From the NCBI GenBank assembly GCA_002713365.1, contig PASR01000012.1:9848-73847 (forward strand): a stretch of DNA of 64,000 bases. The letters run 5' to 3'. The notes beneath the pieces are model-generated. The model did no database searches and was not told where the DNA came from. It saw only the letters and a program-made list of their open reading frames with translations. Both the position numbers and the translations under genes were made by a program. Below are positions 30,767 to 40,196 of the stretch, in pieces. Each line of letters opens with the position of its first letter. Position 1 is the stretch's first letter. The DNA is from Rhodospirillaceae bacterium. Lineage in GTDB: Bacteria > Pseudomonadota > Alphaproteobacteria > UBA6615.

Positions 30767-31915
30767 ATTAATAAATTTTCAAATTCTCAACCTAATGTAT
30801 CTATAATAGGCGCAGGTGTATGCGGTCTAAGTATAGGCTGGCGGTTAGCTAGTGCTGGTTGTCAAGTTAATATATATGAGCGCGGCAAATCTGGACGGGC
30901 AGCTTCTTGGGCTGCTGCTGGTATGTTAGCAGCTGGCGTTGAATGTGAACCCGGAGAAGAAAACCTATTAAAGCTAACAACATTAAGTCAGAAACTTTGG
31001 CCTAAATTTCTTCATGACCTTAGCAAAGACTCTAAACAAAATCCTGAGTATCGCAATGAAGGAACACTTGTTGTTGCTATAAACCGTGATGACGCGACAA
31101 GATTAGAATTCACCTATAATTTTCAAAAGAACCTTGGAATAAACCTTGAATGGCTTGATGGATATGAAACTAGAAAACTTGAGCCTCATTTAAACCCATC
31201 TATCGTGGCTGGCGTATACAGTTCTAACGATCATCAAATAAATAATCGTTTACTTATGAGATCATTAGAGGAAGCCTTTGTTCATAAAGAAGGAATAATT
31301 CACGAGTACACAGAAGTAACTGACATAGAGACACATAATGAATCTGTGAAGGGTATAATAGTTGATGGCTCATTAATAGAAACTGATGTGGTGATTATTG
31401 CAGCAGGTGCCTGGTCTAATAATATAAACGGACTTACTAAGGAATGTATCCCTCCGGTCAGACCTGTTAAGGGACAAATGCTATCATTGAAAATGGAGCA
31501 AAATTCACCGCTATTAAAACATGTAATTTGGGCCCCAAATGCATATTTAGTTCCACGTAATGATGGAAGTTTATTAGTTGGAGCAACTATAGAGGAAAAT
31601 GGTTTTAATCCCGACTTAACAGCTGGTGGAATATTTTCCTTGTTAGAGGCCTCTTGGCGTGTGATACCAAATATTGAAGAGTTACCCATAAAAGAAATGT
31701 GGGCTGGATTCAGGCCAACTAGCAGAGACGATGCTCCAATACTTGGCGCAACAAAGATTAAAGGACTTGTAATGGCAACAGGTCATCACAGAAATGGGAT
31801 ACTTCTAGCACCAGTTACAGCTAACGCGGTAAGTGAATTAATTTTAAATGGTGAAACAACTAAAGAAGTAGAGCCTTTTTCAATAGAACGATTCAATAAT
31901 AACATTGAACATTAA
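30767..31915 (+). CDS. thiO: Glycine oxidase ThiO (FAD-dependent); start probably non-AUG (AUU at 30764/30767), because the ATG at 30923 would remove the FAD-binding GxGxxG motif
   Basis: In-frame extension upstream of 30923 encodes ...NVSIIGAGVCGLSIGWRLASAGCQVNIYERGKSG..., the Rossmann dinucleotide-binding motif. That frame is open back to the stop at 30704 and contains no ATG/GTG/TTG. An AGGGAG Shine-Dalgarno at 30754-30759 precedes ATT codons. Confidence 0.7.
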   Translation: MNKFSNSQPNVSIIGAGVCGLSIGWRLASAGCQVNIYERGKSGRAASWAAAGMLAAGVECEPGEENLLKLTTLSQKLWPKFLHDLSKDSKQNPEYRNEGTLVVAINRDDATRLEFTYNFQKNLGINLEWLDGYETRKLEPHLNPSIVAGVYSSNDHQINNRLLMRSLEEAFVHKEGIIHEYTEVTDIETHNESVKGIIVDGSLIETDVVIIAAGAWSNNINGLTKECIPPVRPVKGQMLSLKMEQNSPLLKHVIWAPNAYLVPRNDGSLLVGATIEENGFNPDLTAGGIFSLLEASWRVIPNIEELPIKEMWAGFRPTSRDDAPILGATKIKGLVMATGHHRNGILLAPVTANAVSELILNGETTKEVEPFSIERFNNNIEH

Positions 31916-31943
31916 AGCATCTATACAGATAAAGTAATGAATA

Positions 31944-32156
31944 ATGAATAATTCTAAAATTATTGTGAACGGAAAATTAGAAACATTCACAGCGAAAAAT
32001 ATAAGCGGATTACTGTTACAAAAAGGTATTACGCCAGACATGAAAGGAATAGCTGTTGCTATAAACGGCGTTGTAGTCCCAAGAGACTTTTGGAAAACTA
32101 GAAATATAACATCGGGAGATGAAGTAGAAATTGTTAAGCCTTTCAAAGGAGGGTAA
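31944..32156 (+). CDS. thiS: Sulfur carrier protein ThiS
   Basis: 70 aa ending ...[10 protein letters not shown] (C-terminal GG). Confidence 0.85.
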   Translation: MNNSKIIVNGKLETFTAKNISGLLLQKGITPDMKGIAVAINGVVVPRDFWKTRNITSGDEVEIVKPFKGG

Positions 32157-32169
32157 TCGGAAAAGTACT

Positions 32170-32940
32170 ATGTCAGATAAACTTCAAATATCTAATAAAT
32201 ATTTTAACTCCAGGTTATTAATAGGGACTGCCGGATATCCAAATCAGCAGATAATGTTAGATGCTGTATCTTCCAGCGGAGCTGAAATAGTAACTGTATC
32301 TATAAGACGTATTAGCTTAGACGCATATTCAGAAAGTATGATCGACTTAATTGGAGATAAGTATCACCTACTTCCAAATACAGCAGGCTGTGCAACCGTT
32401 AATGATGCAGTTCTTACAGCGCAACTAGCCCGAGAATCACTTCAAACAAACTGGATAAAATTAGAGATAATTGGCGATAGAGAAACACTATATCCGGATA
32501 GTAATCAGCTAGTGATAGCCGCCGAAGAACTCATAAAAGATAACTTTATTGTTCTACCATACTGTACTGATGATCCAATAATATGCCAAAAACTACAGGA
32601 TATTGGGTGTGCAGCAGTAATGCCATTAGGGTCACCCATTGGGTCAGGAATGGGTATTTGCAACCCATACAATATAGAGATGATTTGTAAACGCAGTAAT
32701 GTACCAGTCGTCCTTGATGCAGGAGTAGGTACGGCATCAGATGCCACTTTGGCCATGGAACTTGGATGTGACGCAGTGCTACTTAACTCAGCGGTATCCA
32801 AGTCAATAAATCCGGTAAGCATGGCGAAGGCAATGCGGGACGCCGTAACTGCTGGACGCTTAGCGTCTTTATCAGGAAGAATACCTAAACGTAAGTATGC
32901 AGAGCCATCTAGTCCTCGTCTTGGACTTATAGGTTCATAA
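32170..32940 (+). CDS. thiG: Thiazole synthase ThiG
   Basis: [25 protein letters not shown] ... [13 protein letters not shown] is typical ThiG. I chose the ATG at 32170 over the ORF-track TTG at 32131. Confidence 0.85.
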   Translation: MSDKLQISNKYFNSRLLIGTAGYPNQQIMLDAVSSSGAEIVTVSIRRISLDAYSESMIDLIGDKYHLLPNTAGCATVNDAVLTAQLARESLQTNWIKLEIIGDRETLYPDSNQLVIAAEELIKDNFIVLPYCTDDPIICQKLQDIGCAAVMPLGSPIGSGMGICNPYNIEMICKRSNVPVVLDAGVGTASDATLAMELGCDAVLLNSAVSKSINPVSMAKAMRDAVTAGRLASLSGRIPKRKYAEPSSPRLGLIGS

Positions 32941-32943
32941 ACT

Positions 32944-33840
32944 TTACTTATTAATATTACTGATCTGTTTTATTATAGCTGAAAAATCAAGTTCTGAATT
33001 GTTTTCTAGCTGAGAGAATGTATTGTATAGTTCAGTTGCCTTCGCTCCTAGAGGGGTATTAAGTCCATTGTCCTTGGCAGCAACTTGAGAGAGATTTAAA
33101 TCTTTCAACATCATAGCAACCGTAAACCCTGCGGAGTAATCTTTATTAGCTGGAGATGTTGGCACCGGGCCTGGCACAGGACAATAATCTGTCATTGACC
33201 AACATTTACTAGTTGCAGTAGATGCAATATCCCATAATTTTTGAATATCAAGGTCAAGTTTTTCTGCCAATAAAAAACCCTCACTAACTCCAATCATTTG
33301 AATAGCTAACATTAGATTATTACATACCTTAGCAGCCTGTCCGCTGCCCGCATCACCTGCATGAAAAATATTTTTTCCCATAGATTTAAGAATTGATTCG
33401 GCTTTATCATAAGCTTCAATTTTACCTCCACACATAAACGTTAATGTTCCTGCATCAGCTCCACCTACTCCTCCTGAAACAGGCGCATCAATCATTTCTA
33501 TTCCTCTTTGAGCAGCAACTTCCATGACTTGACGAGCAGTAATAACATCTATGGTTGATGAATCTATAAGTACGGTTTTAGGTGAAACAGAATAAAGAAT
33601 TTTATTGTCTTCAAGATATACAGAACGGACATGTTCTCCTGCGGGAAGCATAGTGATTACGAATTCCGCATCTATAATAGTTTCTTCGGCAGAATTTGCT
33701 TTAGTTGCTCCTTTGTTTACAGCTCTATCAATAGCCTCAGGGATGATATCATATGCTTTAACTTTATGACCGTCTTGAATAAGATTGGAAACCATGGGGC
33801 CACCCATATTCACAAGTCCAATAAAGCCTATTTGTGACAT
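32944..33840 (-). CDS. mmsB: 3-hydroxyisobutyrate dehydrogenase
   Basis: MSQIGFIGLVNMGGPMVSNL... NAD-binding GxGxxG, 298 aa. Confidence 0.85.
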   Translation of the reverse strand: MSQIGFIGLVNMGGPMVSNLIQDGHKVKAYDIIPEAIDRAVNKGATKANSAEETIIDAEFVITMLPAGEHVRSVYLEDNKILYSVSPKTVLIDSSTIDVITARQVMEVAAQRGIEMIDAPVSGGVGGADAGTLTFMCGGKIEAYDKAESILKSMGKNIFHAGDAGSGQAAKVCNNLMLAIQMIGVSEGFLLAEKLDLDIQKLWDIASTATSKCWSMTDYCPVPGPVPTSPANKDYSAGFTVAMMLKDLNLSQVAAKDNGLNTPLGAKATELYNTFSQLENNSELDFSAIIKQISNINK

Positions 33841-33854
33841 TCTATTTCCTTTTG

Positions 33855-34913
33855 TTATATTTTATAATTGTAGAAATCTGGCTCGTCTGGTTTTTGCGTA
33901 AAGTATTCATCAATGTCTTCTTCACTTATATCATCAACTTTTGAGGGTGACCATTTAGGAGTTCTATCTTTATCTACCACAACTGCCCGGATTCCTTCGA
34001 ATAGATCATGCCCATTGAAACAGCGATTTGCCATGCGATATTCCATAGCCACAACGTTTTCAAATTCTTCAATTGTTCTAGCTTTTCTTAGCTGACGAAA
34101 CGTAATCTTTAGACTGGTTGGACTCATTTTATTAAGAGAATCAATCGTTTCTTTACTCCAAATATCATCTTCTGATTTTAAATTTTCTATAATTTTTTCT
34201 ATACTTTCAGCGGAAAAGCACCGGTCTATAGTTTCTTTTTTTTCTGATAAATTATTTAATCCCACTTTATTTGTATATTTAGAAATCACGTCATCAATAT
34301 GGCCTGGTTGATTTGAAATAGCACTTAACTCATTAATTAATAAGTCAAGTGAATCTGATTTCATATAATAGTCAGCAATTTTAGCATATAAACAATCAGC
34401 GGCTGACAGTCGGGCCCCAATTAGGCCTAGATACATACCAATTTCTCCAGGACATTTAAGTAAAAACCAACTTGCACCAACGTCTGGGAATAAACCTATA
34501 GAAGTTTCTGGCATTGCAAACAATGTTCGCTCAGTTACAATTCTATGAGAACCATGTACCGATACTCCGGCACCACCGCCCATTACAACTCCATCCATCA
34601 AGGCTATGAATGGCTTAGAAAAGTTAAAAATTGTTACATTAAGCAGATACTCATTAGTATAGTAAATTTGACCATAATCGGTACCACGCTTATTATATAA
34701 AACACGTATATCACCTCCTGCACAAAATGTTTTGTCACCAGCCCCCTGAATGACAACGGCGAAGATTTTATTATCTCTTTCCCAATTTAATAATTGAGCA
34801 TGTATCATTTTAACCATAGAAAGTGATAGAGCATTTAGTGCTTTGGGCCTATTTAGAGTTATTAAACCTATAGACCCCTTATGATCAAAAATTACCTCAG
34901 TGTTATCGTTCAT
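33855..34913 (-). CDS. 3-hydroxyisobutyryl-CoA hydrolase (enoyl-CoA hydratase/isomerase family)
   Basis: 352 aa with the crotonase N-domain (AFCAGGDIR) and the long C-terminal extension typical of HIBCH. Confidence 0.8.
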   Translation of the reverse strand: MNDNTEVIFDHKGSIGLITLNRPKALNALSLSMVKMIHAQLLNWERDNKIFAVVIQGAGDKTFCAGGDIRVLYNKRGTDYGQIYYTNEYLLNVTIFNFSKPFIALMDGVVMGGGAGVSVHGSHRIVTERTLFAMPETSIGLFPDVGASWFLLKCPGEIGMYLGLIGARLSAADCLYAKIADYYMKSDSLDLLINELSAISNQPGHIDDVISKYTNKVGLNNLSEKKETIDRCFSAESIEKIIENLKSEDDIWSKETIDSLNKMSPTSLKITFRQLRKARTIEEFENVVAMEYRMANRCFNGHDLFEGIRAVVVDKDRTPKWSPSKVDDISEEDIDEYFTQKPDEPDFYNYKI

Positions 34914-34924
34914 AGAGCCTCTGG

Positions 34925-36064
34925 TTATTGCCTTAGAATATCACGTGCAATAATTAACCGCATGATTTCATTAGTACCCTCAAGTATCTGATGTACTCGT
35001 AGGTCCCTTAAATAACGCTCAATAGGAAAATCTTTAAGATAACCGTATCCGCCATGTAGCTGCAATGCGCGGTTAACAATATCAAATCCGGCATCTGTTG
35101 AAATCCTTTTTGCCATAGCTGCAGCGGCAGTGGTTCCAACTTTATTATCGTCTAGCATACTTGCGGCACGATATAACATTAATCTAGATGATTCTAATTC
35201 AGAAGCCATATCAGCTATATAAAACTGTAAAGTTTGAAATTCCGATAGTGGTTTTCCAAATTGTTTACGATTTTTAATATGCTCGATTGCTAAATCAAGA
35301 CAAGTCTGGGCGCCACCCACTGAACATGCACCAATATTTATTCGACCACCATCTAATCCTTGCATGGCAATTTTGAATCCATCACCTTCTTTTCCTACTA
35401 TGTTGGAAACCGGCACTCGACAATCCTGAAATATTACAGCCGCTGTAGGTTGACTATTCCACCCCAGTTTTTCTTCGAATTTACCAAATGAAAGTCCCGG
35501 TGAATCTTTTTCTACTAAAAGACAAGAAATACCATTTGGTTGATTGCCCCCAGTTCTCAACATACAAACAAAAACATCAGAAACTCCTCCTCCAGAAATA
35601 AAAGCTTTCTCGCCATTTATAACGTAGTAATCTCCATCTCGTTTTGCTGTAGAAGTTAAAGAGGCAGCATCTGATCCAGATCCAGGTTCTGTTAAGGCAT
35701 AGCTGGCAAAATATTCCATAGTAGTTAACTTAGGCAAAAAACGCTTTCGTATATCGTCACCCCCAAACCTATCGATCATCCATGAAGCCATATTATGAAT
35801 AGATATAAATGCAGCAGTTGAAGGACACGCCATTGATAGTTGTTCAAATATCAAAGTTGATTCTAAACGGCCTAGAGCAGACCCTCCATATTTTTCAGAG
35901 CAATATATTCCAGCAAACCCTAGTGCAGCAGCAAGACGCAATGTTTCCTTTGGAAATATAGATTCTTTATCCCATTTAGCTGCATTCGGAAGCATTTTTT
36001 CAATTGCAAACCTATGTGCCATTTGCTTTATTGAAAGTTGCTCTTCTGTTAGCTCAAAATTCAA
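34925..36064 (-). CDS. Acyl-CoA dehydrogenase (likely isobutyryl-/short branched-chain specific)
   Basis: 379 aa with ACAD motifs (YALTEPGSGSD ... GGYGY). Clustered with hibch and mmsB. Confidence 0.85.
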   Translation of the reverse strand: MNFELTEEQLSIKQMAHRFAIEKMLPNAAKWDKESIFPKETLRLAAALGFAGIYCSEKYGGSALGRLESTLIFEQLSMACPSTAAFISIHNMASWMIDRFGGDDIRKRFLPKLTTMEYFASYALTEPGSGSDAASLTSTAKRDGDYYVINGEKAFISGGGVSDVFVCMLRTGGNQPNGISCLLVEKDSPGLSFGKFEEKLGWNSQPTAAVIFQDCRVPVSNIVGKEGDGFKIAMQGLDGGRINIGACSVGGAQTCLDLAIEHIKNRKQFGKPLSEFQTLQFYIADMASELESSRLMLYRAASMLDDNKVGTTAAAAMAKRISTDAGFDIVNRALQLHGGYGYLKDFPIERYLRDLRVHQILEGTNEIMRLIIARDILRQ

Positions 36065-36242
36065 TGAATATTAGCTCCTTTGAAACTTATTAAGAGGATA
36101 TGAACTATAACTAATAACAATAATAGTACCAGGACAGTGTATTGTTTATATGTATAAATAAACATTATCAAGGCATGACAGAACTACAGATCTATAGCTA
36201 TATTAGTTCGTGTCATAAATTTTACGAAAGAATGTTTATAAA

Positions 36243-37259
36243 ATGAGTCGAGGCCCCACAACTCCAGTTGGAAAATACCCACAAACTAGAATGAGACGGA
36301 ATCGTCGCCATGAATGGTCACGCAGAATGGTACGAGAAAATATCCTTAGTTCAAGTGACCTTATTCTTCCAATTTTCATTTCTAACGAGATGGGTAAATT
36401 AGAAAAGATCGATTCTATGCCGGGAATTTTTCGTCATAGTATTGATTTAATTTCTGATATAGTTGGTGAAGCAAAATCATTAGGAATACCTTCTGTAGCT
36501 TTATTTCCTGCAACACCACCTGAATTAAAAACACCCATGGCAGAGGAGGCATATAACCCTAACAATTTAATATGCCGGGCCATAAGAATAATAAAAGAAT
36601 CCCATCCAGACATTGGTATAATTTGTGACGTTGCATTAGACCCTTTTAATTCTGATGGCCACGATGGCATAGTTCGAGATGGACACGTAGTGAATGATGA
36701 AACAATAGAAGCATTATGCAGACAAGCACTAGTTCAAGTTGAGTCAGGATGTGATATAATTGCCCCATCTGATATGATGGATGGGCGTGTTGGAGCCATC
36801 CGTGAGACTTTAGATAATTCTGGTTATAATCATACTCAAATCATGTCTTATGCGGCAAAATATTCATCCGCTTTTTATGGGCCTTTTCGGGATGCTATCG
36901 ATAGCTCGGGTTTCTTAGCTGGTGAAACTAAAGATACTTATCAGATGGACCCCGCTAATTCTGATGAGGCTTTGAGAGAAGTAGCGCTAGATATTAGTGA
37001 AGGTGCTGATATGGTAATGATTAAACCAGGCCTACCCTACTTAGATATAATTTGGCGCATAAAAGAAAATTTTGGTATCCCTACTTTTGCATATAACGTA
37101 AGTGGTGAGTATGCAATGCTAAGATACGCCGCTGATTCAAATGCTATAGAGTATACTAAGGCAATTATGGAAACATTAATATCTTTTAAAAGAGCTGGCT
37201 GTAATGGAGTATTAACTTATTTTGCGTTAGAAGCAGCCAGGGTTATAAACTCACAATGA
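36243..37259 (+). CDS. hemB: Porphobilinogen synthase (delta-aminolevulinic acid dehydratase)
   Basis: 338 aa with active-site lysine regions (...MIKPGLPYLDII...) and an N-terminus RRNRRHEWSRRMVRE. Confidence 0.9.
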   Translation: MSRGPTTPVGKYPQTRMRRNRRHEWSRRMVRENILSSSDLILPIFISNEMGKLEKIDSMPGIFRHSIDLISDIVGEAKSLGIPSVALFPATPPELKTPMAEEAYNPNNLICRAIRIIKESHPDIGIICDVALDPFNSDGHDGIVRDGHVVNDETIEALCRQALVQVESGCDIIAPSDMMDGRVGAIRETLDNSGYNHTQIMSYAAKYSSAFYGPFRDAIDSSGFLAGETKDTYQMDPANSDEALREVALDISEGADMVMIKPGLPYLDIIWRIKENFGIPTFAYNVSGEYAMLRYAADSNAIEYTKAIMETLISFKRAGCNGVLTYFALEAARVINSQ

Positions 37260-37882
37260 TTAATAAGAAACACAATAAAGACCAAAAAAATAAAGCACCT
37301 GCCGGATATTACGTGTATTACAATCCAAGAGTACATCAATTTAAACTCTTAGCTATATTAGCCATATGTATAGTCTTAATTACATTACCTTTGATGGTAG
37401 AAAAAACAGAACCAGGGCCTCTATATATACTAAGTTTATTCATAATGGGGTTTCTCTTGTGGGCTTATGTAACTCTCCTTCGTATCCGTGATAGACGTCC
37501 GCAGGTAATAATTGATGAAGCCGGAATCTTTGTGAGAGATTGGTATAGCAATATACTGCCATGGTCAGAAATCGAATTTATATCACACTCTAGTTCGGTT
37601 AGAAGAGGCATAATAAGTGCACTAACTCGCTCACGTAGAGGTCCATATTTACTATTTAAATTTTCTAACAACCCAGAGTATATTTCATCTATATCTCCTC
37701 CATTATCATGGATCCATAAAATATGGATAGAAATGGAACTACAAGAACCTGCTATCATGGAATTTGGTTTAGATAGTAAAGCCACACAAATTCTCAAAGC
37801 AATTGAAGAACATATTGAATATTGGCAAAAATCATCAAATTCAGATATTGAAGATAGTGCAATAATTGTAAGTACTAATTAA
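37256..37882 (+). CDS. Hypothetical membrane protein (2 N-terminal TM helices + soluble domain)
   Basis: 208 aa. Start overlaps the hemB stop (ATGA). Confidence 0.5.
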   Translation: MINKKHNKDQKNKAPAGYYVYYNPRVHQFKLLAILAICIVLITLPLMVEKTEPGPLYILSLFIMGFLLWAYVTLLRIRDRRPQVIIDEAGIFVRDWYSNILPWSEIEFISHSSSVRRGIISALTRSRRGPYLLFKFSNNPEYISSISPPLSWIHKIWIEMELQEPAIMEFGLDSKATQILKAIEEHIEYWQKSSNSDIEDSAIIVSTN

Positions 37883-38003
37883 TGGGTATGATATTAAATA
37901 TGTTTCATATCTAGGTGCATGAAACGCATAATATTGATAGATCCTATGAAATTATCTATAAAAGCTATATTCGGAATAAAATCATTAAGATACTCGTAGA
38001 TTT

Positions 38004-38738
38004 ATGACAGTCCAAACTTCTAAAAAACCGTTAATTTTTCATCGTACAGGGCCAATGCCTTGTCCATATATACCTGGTCTTGTTGAACGTAATTTATTTA
38101 CAGAACTGACTGGAATTAAAAATCAGGAACAACATGATTTCTTAACTAAAGCAGGCTTTAGAAGATCCCATAACATAGTTTATAGACCAGCATGTAATGG
38201 ATGTAATAGCTGTGTCCCGGTTAGAATTGCAACAAAATCTTTTAGAACTGATCGTTCTGAGCGTAGAGTTCTAAAAAAGAATAATGACATAGTTATCAAT
38301 GTATTAACTCCTAATGCTAATGCTGAACATTATAATTTATTTAAAAATTATCAAGAAGATAGACATAGTGATGGTGAGATGGCTGCAATGACCTTTTCGG
38401 ATTTTCGTTCAATGATAGAAGACACATCCGTAGAGACTTATTTAATTGAATTTCGCAATAGCCAAGGTGTTTTACTAGCAGGTTGTTTAGTTGATCAAAT
38501 AAGTGATGCATACTCTGCTGTCTATAGCTACTTCAGCCCTACAGAGAATAACAGAAGTTTAGGTAATTTTATTATTCTTTGGTTAGTAGAAAGAACAAAG
38601 GCCTTAGGACTGTCCTATGTGTATCTCGGGTACTGGATTAAGGATTGCCCAAAAATGTCCTACAAGTCACGATATAATCAAATCGAGTATTTAGGCCCTT
38701 CAGGATGGGAAAAATTCCAAAATAACTGTCTTAATTAA
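38004..38738 (+). CDS. bpt: Arginyl-tRNA--protein transferase-like (bacterial Bpt, aspartate/glutamate leucyltransferase)
   Basis: 244 aa: ...FRRSHNIVYRPACNGCNSCVPVRI ... SAVYSYFSP ... ATE_N/ATE_C architecture. Confidence 0.8.
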   Translation: MTVQTSKKPLIFHRTGPMPCPYIPGLVERNLFTELTGIKNQEQHDFLTKAGFRRSHNIVYRPACNGCNSCVPVRIATKSFRTDRSERRVLKKNNDIVINVLTPNANAEHYNLFKNYQEDRHSDGEMAAMTFSDFRSMIEDTSVETYLIEFRNSQGVLLAGCLVDQISDAYSAVYSYFSPTENNRSLGNFIILWLVERTKALGLSYVYLGYWIKDCPKMSYKSRYNQIEYLGPSGWEKFQNNCLN

Positions 38739-38943
38739 ATTAGCTTTTTCAATAAATTAGCTGTTAGTAATCATACTAACGTATAGCACTGCCACCGTTG
38801 CTGAAAATTTTCCTCTGTCCTAGAATAAATCATCAATGTCTACCTATGTGTACTAGAAGAGAAGAAGTGTAAATAGTTTATAGTTATTTTTAAAAGCATC
38901 TATATATCTAAATTTAAATAACAACATTATCGGGGACAAATTA

Positions 38944-40041
38944 ATGAAGAGACGTAAATTTATTAAAACAGCCGGTTTAGCTAGTGCTGGCGGTGCAATA
39001 GCTGTATCAAATATGGCGGCACCCGCAATAGCTAAGGACCGCATAGAAATAGCTATGGTGGCCACTTGGCCAAGAGACTTTCCTGGACTAGGGACAGGAG
39101 CTCAACGTATGGCGCAGCGCATTAAAGATATGAGTGATGGTCGCATTCAAATACAATACTTTGCAGCAGGAGAACGCGTTGGTGCATTTGATTCATTTGA
39201 TGAGGTCGCATCAGGCAATGCCCAGGCATATCATGCAGCGGATTATTACTGGAAAGGAAAACACCCAGGTTGGGCATATTTTACTTCAGTTCCATTTGGA
39301 CTTACTTACACAGAAATGAATGCCTGGATAAGGTTTGGAGGTGGCCAACAATTATGGGATGAGCTAGCTGGAGGCTTTGGCATTAAAGCTGTGATGGCTG
39401 GAAGTACAGGCGTACAAATGGGCGGTTGGTTTAATAAAGAGATTAATACTGCAGACGATCTTAAAGGCCTAAAAATGAGAATACCAGGTCTCGGTGGTGA
39501 CGTTATGGCTAAATTGGGGGCATCCCCAGTATCGCTTCCAGGTGGACAGATTTATGAAAATCTCGTGTCTGGAGCAATAGATGCCACAGAGTGGGTTGGT
39601 CCATGGAATGATAGTTTCATGAAGTTTTATGAAGCTGCAAAATATTACTACTTCCCGGGGATGCATGAGCCAGGCTCAATGTTATCATTTGGAATGAATG
39701 CTTCATTTTGGAGTAAATTATCAAAAAATGATCAAATTCTTATTGAGTCAGCAGCATCTATGGAAAATGATGTAATGATGTCTGAGTACAATGCTAAAAA
39801 TGGCGCTGCACTCGCTTCTTTAATTAAAGACCAAGGTGTAGAGCTAAGAGAGTTTAGTGATGAAATCTACGATAGCTTTGGCGTTGCAGCTAATGAAGTA
39901 TTTGATGAAGTAAGAGGACATAGTGCTCTAGCTAACAAAATTCACGAGAGCTTTCTCAAATCGAGAAGTGAGGTCGGTGGATGGGCTAATATAGCAGATG
40001 TTGCCTACCTTCGTCAGAGAAATAGAGTTCTCGGACTTTAA
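38944..40041 (+). CDS. dctP: TRAP transporter substrate-binding protein (DctP family)
   Basis: 365 aa with a twin-Arg-like signal (MKRRKFIKTAGLASAGGAIA...AIA) and DctP-family periplasmic domain. Confidence 0.85.
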   Translation: MKRRKFIKTAGLASAGGAIAVSNMAAPAIAKDRIEIAMVATWPRDFPGLGTGAQRMAQRIKDMSDGRIQIQYFAAGERVGAFDSFDEVASGNAQAYHAADYYWKGKHPGWAYFTSVPFGLTYTEMNAWIRFGGGQQLWDELAGGFGIKAVMAGSTGVQMGGWFNKEINTADDLKGLKMRIPGLGGDVMAKLGASPVSLPGGQIYENLVSGAIDATEWVGPWNDSFMKFYEAAKYYYFPGMHEPGSMLSFGMNASFWSKLSKNDQILIESAASMENDVMMSEYNAKNGAALASLIKDQGVELREFSDEIYDSFGVAANEVFDEVRGHSALANKIHESFLKSRSEVGGWANIADVAYLRQRNRVLGL

Positions 40042-40062
40042 ACATCTATAAGCAAGCTCTAT

Positions 40063-40090
40063 AAAGCGGAGTTGTTAAGCTCCGCTTTAT
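40063..40090 (+). terminator. Intergenic hairpin between dctP and dctQ (partial terminator/attenuator)
   Basis: AAAGCGGAG-ttgttaa-GCTCCGCTTT, a 9-10 bp stem followed by a T/A-rich stretch. Confidence 0.5.
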
Positions 40091-40196
40091 AATTCCAATG
40101 TTTTTTAATTAAATATACAAACATTTGTTTCGTTTCATAAACATTTTATTCTAGCGATTTCAAATATATGAGGAATGCAAATTTGAGGTCGAAAAA

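Noticed and set aside
32131-32169. ORF-track TTG start for thiG at 32131 (overlapping the thiS 3' end by 26 nt)
   Set aside because: The ATG at 32170 yields the canonical ThiG N-terminus ([20 protein letters not shown]...) and follows an AAGGAGG motif. The extra 13 residues ([13 protein letters not shown]) have no counterpart in ThiG.
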